64,000 nt of DNA from Vicinamibacteria bacterium (GTDB lineage: Bacteria > Acidobacteriota > Vicinamibacteria > Marinacidobacterales > Marinacidobacteraceae): contig OY729431.1 in the NCBI GenBank assembly GCA_963422395.1, positions 2,368,001-2,432,000 on the forward strand, written 5' to 3'. The notes under the pieces are model-generated. The model did not search any database. It was given only the letters and a program-made list of their open reading frames with translations, and was not told the origin of the DNA. Position numbers and translations under genes: made by a program. Each line of letters begins with the position of its first letter. Position 1 is the stretch's first letter. Shown here one piece after another: positions 57,369 through 64,000 of the stretch.

Positions 57369-60300
57369 TCAAGATCCTTTTCTCTCCAGCGCGGCTTCCA
57401 GGACCCCGAGCGCCACCCGCCGGGCGAGATGCGGGTGGGCGAACTGGTTGCGGTAGCTCCGAAGACATCCGTAACAACTCCGGTCGCAGCCGCAGCCGCC
57501 TGCGACACGATCCCGCGCCCGTTCGAGGACCCGGCGAAAGCTGCGTTCGTCCGTCAGTTGCGCCACCAGGCCCGCCCCGCCGGGAACATCGTCGTAGAGG
57601 ACGACCGCACCCGGAGCGAGCGTCACATTCAGATCGCGCTCGGGTACCGCCACCGCGTCAGCAGCTCCGAGAAGCAGGGCGTAGCCCACCGAGTAACGAC
57701 CCCACCGGTCGAGCGGTTCCGGGAAACACACCTTTACCACATCGGTCTTCAGATCGTGGCCGAGCGAGAACCTGCGAAAGCACCCGGAGCATCGCTGCCC
57801 GTCTGACCTAAAGTGTTCAGACTTCGGACCGGCCTCGTGCTTACCGCACACTCCACACAACAGGAAACCTCTCCTCCCCGACCCCTCGCATAGAACGACC
57901 AATTCTCCGGGAACCGCTTCGCTTACCCCGATCCCGAAGATGTCCTTTTCGTCCGGCGAGCCCGTGCCGGTGAATCCTCGGAAGAAGGGGCGCGTCGAGT
58001 AGAGACGCTTGTTGCGCCTCTCCGGCGCCTTGGGTCTATCCCAAATTTTCGTTTCGAAACCGAATTCCGGCACGAGATACTTGCGGCCGCCCGCTTCAGA
58101 ACTCGGGCTTGTGAAATCCGGTTCTCCCGCTTCGTCGTCGCCGTAGGACCGCTCCCTCGGCTCCTTACCTTCGATCTTGCGGATGCCTACCGACTTCCAT
58201 TCCAGCTTGTTCGCCACCACGCTGCTTCCCGGGGCGTACTCGGCGATCGCCAGCGAGAGATCGCGGGAGAGCTCGATCTTCTCGCCTTCCTGCGACATCC
58301 CGGTGTGCAGTTCGACGACATCCACCGGGAATCCGTACTTCGGGATGACGGCTCGTCTAGCGAGGAAAGTCACCGCGCCTTCCTTGGAGATCGTGCGCAT
58401 CCTGTCATCTGCACGGCTCACTCTCCAGAATTTTCGATCTTTCAAGCTGTGATTCTCAATCCGCTTCATCAGCCGATACTCGTCGCAGACCTCGGAGGTC
58501 GCCTCGGCGAGCCGGCTGTCGAGCCCGGCGGCTCGATCGATCCAGCCTCCGTTCCCCAGGCCGAGCTCTTCGTAGAGGCTCTGCGGGACGATCCTGCGGA
58601 GAGTCTCCGAGAGCCGGCGGTTCTCCTCACAGAAACGTTTCAAGGATTCCGCCGCCGAGGGCTCGCTCCAGTCTCCGCCGACGAGCGCTTCGACGGATTT
58701 CGAGCGGCTGCAGTGGCGGGGGTCCCTGAAGAACGCCGAGAGCGCGACGGCCGTCAGATGGCGCGTCACGATCTTCGGATTCGCGATTCCGAGGCGCGGC
58801 GGCACGACGGTTCCGGCGATCAGGTCTTTGGGATTTTGGAAGTAATGGAGATCGTGTGGCCCCCTCCGGCAGTAGGTGAGCGCGAGGCCGGGCCGTTTCC
58901 GGCGCCCGGCGCGGCCGACACGCTGGGCGTAGTTGAAGGGTTCCGGCGGGACATTGCGGAGGAAGGTCACCTCCAAATCGCCCAGGTCCACCCCGACCTC
59001 GAAGGTCGTGGAGGAGCTGAGGAGATGGACCTCCCCGCTTTGGAACTCCGCCTGCCGCCTGCGCGCCTCGTCGTCCGCGAGTTGGGCGGTGTGCTCCGCC
59101 GTAGTCATCTTCGCTGGAAGATCCTTCAGCTCGTAGAGCGTGCGGTAGTGGTTCTCGGAGAGCTTCTCCATATCTACTGGTTTCAGGGCACCTCGGCAAC
59201 CGCTGCGGGGGCAGATCCTCCGGATGTCGTGGGGTGTGATCCGGGCGCAGGTGCCGCATTCCCGGAGTTCGGGCAGCTCGACGGCCCGTACCCGCAGCCA
59301 TCCCGCCTTCAGCCGAAAGGCACCATCTCCTCCGGCGCGTTCCAGCAGGCGCTCCTCGCTGGACACCTCGTCGTCGTGCTCCCTGATGGCGGCCCATACC
59401 GCCTTCATCAGTCTTTGCGCATCCTCCTCGCGATTAGCACCCTTCGGTAACGCCGAATCTCCGAGGAGTCGGGGAAGGAAGTGCTTCACCAGCGAACTCG
59501 TCTCGCCGCCCCATTCCGAGACTTGCTTTCTCCCGCGCGGAGCACTCCCCGCGAAAGCCGGTTGCCGCTGCGGGCGGGGGCTCACTCCCTTCCAGTCCGG
59601 GAATTCCGGGCCATCGGGCAGCGCGATCGCCCCGACCTCCCGAAATCGGGCCAGGAGGAACTGCAGCAGCGCCGCTGCTGCTTCCGGCGTGAAGTTCCAG
59701 GGCGGGCGCTGCATCTCCCGCGGCGGTTTCAAGCCGACCGGCAGCTGCACCGACCACCGCGCGATCCCGACACCTTCGAGCGACAGTCGGGTTTCCTCCG
59801 TGAGAGCCTCGGTGAGAATTGCCGAATACGCACGGCGCAGGACGGTCTCGGCGGTGTCCGAAACCGCATCCACGCCAGCATCGCGCCGGACGCGCACCAG
59901 CCGGTGCCCGAAATCCTCGACGGACAGCGCGCTTCGGCGAACCGGGTTTGCACTCCCGGTCCAGCAGAGCGCTCGCAGCATGAGGTTTCGGTCCCGAACC
60001 CTGGTGTAGGAGTCCTCGGCGTACCAGGCGAAGAACGCCGCGTCCTGCCGACTGTCCGCGAACGCCAGGATCTTGCGGGCTTCCTTCGGCAGGAGGCCGT
60101 GGACTGCAGTCGCCAGGACCGCGTTCGGTCCGTCGGCGCCGTGCACGATCTCCTGTACCGGATCACCGACGCCGCCGCGCCGATAACCGCAGCGGGCACA
60201 TTCCCTCAGCTGATCGGAGTGACCCGGCCGGTTCTTACCCTTCTTTATCGGGATCGAAGCCTCGCAACCGCAAGCAGAAGCCCCGCGGCCGATCGCGCCG

Positions 60301-61643
60301 CAGCGCCGGCACAGGGTTTCGCGGGCAGTATCGGCGGTCTCAGCAGAAGACGGCAGGTAGAAGTCCACGCCGAAATCGTGCCGGGCCGGATCCCGGACCG
60401 CCTCCACGAGCTTCCCGCCCTGGGCTTTGCCGACATAGTAGTGCTGGCCGCATTCCCGGCAGAGGGCGATCTCGAGCGGTTCCGCTGCCGGCCCGCCTCC
60501 CGGATCCCCGGAGACGCGGTTCAGGACGACGCGGTCCTGCCCTCGGTCGTGGAGCAGGAAGGCTCCCTCGAGGGCCCGGACGAACAGGTGGTAGCGCCGC
60601 ACATCCGACGCGCATTCGGCCTTCGATCCGGATTCCTCGTATTTGCCGAAAACGACTCCGCTGGGTTCGAACGGCTCTCCGAACAGGGTCCCGGCGAAGT
60701 CGGCGACGGCCCGTCGATCGTTTTCGGTACCGCCGGAGGCGATGGTCGCGCTGGTGGCGAGGCAGCGGAACGGTTTTCGCCTTCCTCCTTCTCGCAGGCG
60801 CTCCTTCAACCGGCGGAGCAGCATCGCCATCTCGATGCCCTTCGCGCCGCGGTAGGCGTGCGCCTCGTCCAGGATCAGGAAGCGCCAGTGTTCCCCGCGC
60901 CCTTCGTCGAACAGCGCACTCTCTTGCGGGCGGATGAGGAGGTACTCCAGCATGGAGTAGTTCGTGAACAGGATGTGCGGAGGGCTCTCCAACATGTCCT
61001 CGCGGAAGACCTTCTCGCCGGGAAGCGCTTTCCTCCCGCGCTCTGCTCCGTTTCGGCTCCTGTCTTGCGCGTTCTTGGGCGTCTGTCCGATGTACTGTCC
61101 GAAAGTGAAACGGAAATCGGAACCGGAGTTTGCCAAATCCCCACAGAGGCCGCCGAGTCGGCGGCGCTGGTCGTTCACGAGCGCGTTCATCGGGTAGAGA
61201 ACCAGCGCCCGAACCCCGGGACGGTCGAGCGTCCCGGCGAGGTGTTCCTGGAAGAGGTAGAAGAGGACCGGATAGAGGAAGCACTCCGTCTTGCCGCTCC
61301 CGGTACCGCTCGCGACGACGACATTCCGGTCCTCGAAATGGGCGGCGCGGATGGCGTGCTCTTGATGAAAATGGAGGTTTCCCTTCAAGAGTGCGGGGAA
61401 GAGTGCCTCGGCCTTTTCGGGGAATGTTTCCCGCGCGAGCTCCCGAGCTTCGATCCCCGGGGGGAATCGTCGTCCGTGCTCCGGAAATGGTCCCCGCAGC
61501 AGGTTCTCGCCCTCGCTGCCAAGCGCTTCCCGGAAAGATTGGCGCAGCGTCGGGTCGCGGAAATGGAAACTGGTCGTCAGGTAGCTGACATAGCGGGAAT
61601 GCAGGATATCGACCCAACGGTCGATCTCACTTGGAGTGGGCAT
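57369..61643 (-). CDS. YprA/DruE-like SF2 DEAH helicase with C-terminal DUF1998 Zn-binding domain
   Basis: [64 protein letters not shown]; C-terminal DDVPGGAG...[11 protein letters not shown]; GGAGA RBS. Confidence 0.93.
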   Translation of the reverse strand: MPTPSEIDRWVDILHSRYVSYLTTSFHFRDPTLRQSFREALGSEGENLLRGPFPEHGRRFPPGIEARELARETFPEKAEALFPALLKGNLHFHQEHAIRAAHFEDRNVVVASGTGSGKTECFLYPVLFYLFQEHLAGTLDRPGVRALVLYPMNALVNDQRRRLGGLCGDLANSGSDFRFTFGQYIGQTPKNAQDRSRNGAERGRKALPGEKVFREDMLESPPHILFTNYSMLEYLLIRPQESALFDEGRGEHWRFLILDEAHAYRGAKGIEMAMLLRRLKERLREGGRRKPFRCLATSATIASGGTENDRRAVADFAGTLFGEPFEPSGVVFGKYEESGSKAECASDVRRYHLFVRALEGAFLLHDRGQDRVVLNRVSGDPGGGPAAEPLEIALCRECGQHYYVGKAQGGKLVEAVRDPARHDFGVDFYLPSSAETADTARETLCRRCGAIGRGASACGCEASIPIKKGKNRPGHSDQLRECARCGYRRGGVGDPVQEIVHGADGPNAVLATAVHGLLPKEARKILAFADSRQDAAFFAWYAEDSYTRVRDRNLMLRALCWTGSANPVRRSALSVEDFGHRLVRVRRDAGVDAVSDTAETVLRRAYSAILTEALTEETRLSLEGVGIARWSVQLPVGLKPPREMQRPPWNFTPEAAAALLQFLLARFREVGAIALPDGPEFPDWKGVSPRPQRQPAFAGSAPRGRKQVSEWGGETSSLVKHFLPRLLGDSALPKGANREEDAQRLMKAVWAAIREHDDEVSSEERLLERAGGDGAFRLKAGWLRVRAVELPELRECGTCARITPHDIRRICPRSGCRGALKPVDMEKLSENHYRTLYELKDLPAKMTTAEHTAQLADDEARRRQAEFQSGEVHLLSSSTTFEVGVDLGDLEVTFLRNVPPEPFNYAQRVGRAGRRKRPGLALTYCRRGPHDLHYFQNPKDLIAGTVVPPRLGIANPKIVTRHLTAVALSAFFRDPRHCSRSKSVEALVGGDWSEPSAAESLKRFCEENRRLSETLRRIVPQSLYEELGLGNGGWIDRAAGLDSRLAEATSEVCDEYRLMKRIENHSLKDRKFWRVSRADDRMRTISKEGAVTFLARRAVIPKYGFPVDVVELHTGMSQEGEKIELSRDLSLAIAEYAPGSSVVANKLEWKSVGIRKIEGKEPRERSYGDDEAGEPDFTSPSSEAGGRKYLVPEFGFETKIWDRPKAPERRNKRLYSTRPFFRGFTGTGSPDEKDIFGIGVSEAVPGELVVLCEGSGRRGFLLCGVCGKHEAGPKSEHFRSDGQRCSGCFRRFSLGHDLKTDVVKVCFPEPLDRWGRYSVGYALLLGAADAVAVPERDLNVTLAPGAVVLYDDVPGGAGLVAQLTDERSFRRVLERARDRVAGGCGCDRSCYGCLRSYRNQFAHPHLARRVALGVLEAALERKGS

Positions 61644-64000
61644 CGGCGCGTTCTCCTTCGAACTCCATTTCGATGTAACTCAAATCCTTGCCTCGAAGCT
61701 CCGCCACGCCTGCCTTCGAGCGAAGCGAGAGCAGTCCGGTCATCGTGGCCTCGACCACATTCTTCGGGTTTTTGCTGCCGAGAGATTTCGTCAGGATGTC
61801 CCCGATCCCCGCCAGCTCGATCACCGCCCGCGCCGGGCCGCCGGCGATGACGCCGGTTCCCCGTGATGCCGGTTTCAGCAGCACCCGCGCTGCTCCGAAC
61901 ACCCCCACCACCTGGTGCGCGATCGTCGAGCCCTCCCGGGGAATCGCCGTCAGATTCTTCTTGGCGATCTCGGTTCCCTTCTTGATCGCCGCCGGCACCT
62001 CACGCGCTTTCCCGAGCCCGAACCCGACGCGGCCATCCTCGTTCCCCACGACCACCAGCGCCGAGAAGGAAAGGTTCTTGCCGCCCTTCACCACTTTCGT
62101 CACCCGGTTGATCGAGACCACCTTGTCCTTGAGGTCCGGGGCTCCCGTGCGTTCCACCTGGATATTCCGGGGGTCGCGCGGCGGCCGCGGCCGGAGCTTT
62201 CTGGCCGGTTCGGGTTTCAGCGGCGGTGGATCCGGTGTCACCTCGATCAAGTCGAACTCCAGATCGGAATCCATACCGGGCAGCCGGAGCCGAAGCGCGC
62301 ACGCCTCGCTCATGTCCCGACCGACGGCAGCGTAGTCGCGGAAACTCTCGAGTGGAACGACCGAGCGGCGCTTGCTCGGGAAATCTTCGTCCCGTTTCGG
62401 AGTGAAGGACTGATATTCGCCACCATCCAATCCGTTCCCCAGGCCGACCTCGAGAGACTTCGCTGTCTCTGGCACGAGAACCTCGATTTCCTTCCCTGTC
62501 TTGCGGAATTGCGTACGCGTCATCGGAAGAAGGGTTCGACCCGCCCAATCTCCCTTTCCCGAGAGGCGCCACCAGACCCGCGGCAGGTGGACCGAGACAC
62601 CCATCTCCGACTTTCCCTCGCGGAGGAGCAAGCGCACTTCGTCGGCTTCGGGGCGGGACTGGACTCTCACCGCTCCGTCGGCGCTCAAGGAGGCATGCAG
62701 ACTCGATACCTCGGGACGCAGCCGGCCGCTGCGCCCGACGAGGCAAACGGTATCGCTGCGGCGGGAATCCGCCCCCGGCGCCAGCACCAGATCCTCCCGG
62801 AACGGCTCGCCGTTCACTCGGATCCCCTCGAGGCCGGGCCAGTAGCGGAAGGCGGCGCTATCCACGAGAGCCATTCCGCCCAGCGGATAGGTGCGCAGGA
62901 AGAACCGGCCCTTCCTCCCTTTCAGCACTTCGGCGATCGATCTCTCGGCTACGCGGAAGTTCTGACCCTTCCAACCACCCGGGCGTTCTTCCCCGACGCG
63001 CGCCCATTCGATGCCTTCCCCCACATCCAGCCTCGGCGGTTCCCCGACGAAGAGCTCCCCTTCGTCCGAGCTCTCGAAGAGAGACTCCCCCCACAGCCAG
63101 GCGCTCCGACTGGCCCCCGGCCGCCAATCCCCGATGGAACCGAGAGAGTCCGGAGAGTCGTCTTTCGAAGTGGTGAAGAAATGAGCGCGGAAATCGGGAT
63201 CCGAACAGGGCTCCGGTTCCCGGAACTCGTGCCCCTTTCGAGGCCAAGCGACAGGGGCGATCACGAGGTAGCGTCCGACGGTGATCCGCTCGCATTGCCG
63301 CCCCACCAGCAAGTCCTCAGAGCCCGAAAGCCGGAACCGGAGCGGCGTCTTCCCGTCGTCGAACAGCGGGATGCCGCCCGACTCCCCGTCGCCCCAAGCG
63401 AGCGACAACCTACCCGAGAAGGACGCCAGCGGATACTCGCTGTCCCGAGACTTCAAGTCGGTTTCGCCATGACGCATCGCCGTAACCCCCATCTCGGGAT
63501 CGACGGAAAGCACGATCTCCCACTCGTGGGAGCCGGGCGTTCTTCGGCACCGGAGTTCCGGCGGAGAGTCGGGTGGCCGGGACCGGGGCGCAATCGCTCC
63601 TGACGAACCCCGCCGCCCGCCGGTCCGGCGGGGTTCCCCCGGTTCCCGCGGCCTCTCGGGTTCCGGGGGTGGCCTCGGAGGCAGTGCGGCCTCGGGTGGG
63701 ACGGCACCTTCCGTCCGCGACTCGCCTTTCGGCAGTTCGTCCGATGGTTCGTCCGATTTCGGAGACGGAGATGCGGATCGGTCCTCCGGATCCCCGCCCT
63801 CCGCACCATCTCTCTGCGAGGGATCGGATGGCGCCGGAGGCCGCTCCGGAGGCGGGCTGCCACTCGCCCCGGGCGACTCGCCGACTCCACCCGGCGCATC
63901 GCCATTCCCGCCCGGCGCTTCATCACCGTTCCCCGCGCCCGGCGCCGGCGCGTCTCCCTCGCCATCGGCCTCGAGGACCCCTGCCCCCTCGTCCTCCTGT
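61627..64000 (-). CDS. Large unknown protein (DruH-like position) fused to C-terminal ribosomal protein uS5; 5' end outside window
   Basis: I translated the frame upstream of 63513 and found no stop up to base 64000. The stop codon overlaps the helicase start by 17 nt. Confidence 0.85.
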   Translation of the reverse strand, partial: QEDEGAGVLEADGEGDAPAPGAGNGDEAPGGNGDAPGGVGESPGASGSPPPERPPAPSDPSQRDGAEGGDPEDRSASPSPKSDEPSDELPKGESRTEGAVPPEAALPPRPPPEPERPREPGEPRRTGGRRGSSGAIAPRSRPPDSPPELRCRRTPGSHEWEIVLSVDPEMGVTAMRHGETDLKSRDSEYPLASFSGRLSLAWGDGESGGIPLFDDGKTPLRFRLSGSEDLLVGRQCERITVGRYLVIAPVAWPRKGHEFREPEPCSDPDFRAHFFTTSKDDSPDSLGSIGDWRPGASRSAWLWGESLFESSDEGELFVGEPPRLDVGEGIEWARVGEERPGGWKGQNFRVAERSIAEVLKGRKGRFFLRTYPLGGMALVDSAAFRYWPGLEGIRVNGEPFREDLVLAPGADSRRSDTVCLVGRSGRLRPEVSSLHASLSADGAVRVQSRPEADEVRLLLREGKSEMGVSVHLPRVWWRLSGKGDWAGRTLLPMTRTQFRKTGKEIEVLVPETAKSLEVGLGNGLDGGEYQSFTPKRDEDFPSKRRSVVPLESFRDYAAVGRDMSEACALRLRLPGMDSDLEFDLIEVTPDPPPLKPEPARKLRPRPPRDPRNIQVERTGAPDLKDKVVSINRVTKVVKGGKNLSFSALVVVGNEDGRVGFGLGKAREVPAAIKKGTEIAKKNLTAIPREGSTIAHQVVGVFGAARVLLKPASRGTGVIAGGPARAVIELAGIGDILTKSLGSKNPKNVVEATMTGLLSLRSKAGVAELRGKDLSYIEMEFEGERADAHSK
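61681..62157 (-). other. rpsE: Full-length uS5 domain within the fusion ORF
   Basis: [30 protein letters not shown]...[19 protein letters not shown]...[15 protein letters not shown]...[17 protein letters not shown]...VAELRGK. Confidence 0.97.

Noticed and set aside
61681-62157. Ordinary rpsE of a ribosomal protein operon
   Set aside because: No rplR, rpmD or rplO neighbours, no SD before the internal GTG, in-frame with a long upstream ORF and followed by a non-S5 tail.

Overview
High-GC bacterial chromosome segment, most likely Acidobacteriota (ADOP-type duplicated permease, acidobacterial VWA protein, 'GGKNLSF'-type uS5 domain). Most of it is housekeeping or metabolic: msrB, metX-metY, mnmA, a CCA-type nucleotidyltransferase, ggt, an Rrf2-sufBCDSUT operon, alkA, an amidase, a PGI-like protein, msrP, ABC transporters, trmB and a DadA-like dehydrogenase. 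An accessory hot spot at about 11.1-18.1 kb holds two type II TA pairs, IS remnants, a methyltransferase relic, a Panacea-like/DUF2335 pair and a duplicated junction. The main finding is at the right edge. A large unknown protein, open past base 64000, ends in a complete, intact ribosomal protein uS5 domain. It overlaps the start of a 1424-aa YprA/DruE-like SF2 helicase with a C-terminal DUF1998. This resembles a Druantia type III-like defence pair that has captured a ribosomal protein. A second notable item is two MITE families whose apparent parent transposase remnants also lie in the window; one MITE carries a tandem pair of NrdR-box-like sites upstream of msrB. All family calls come from motif recognition by eye; no searches were run.
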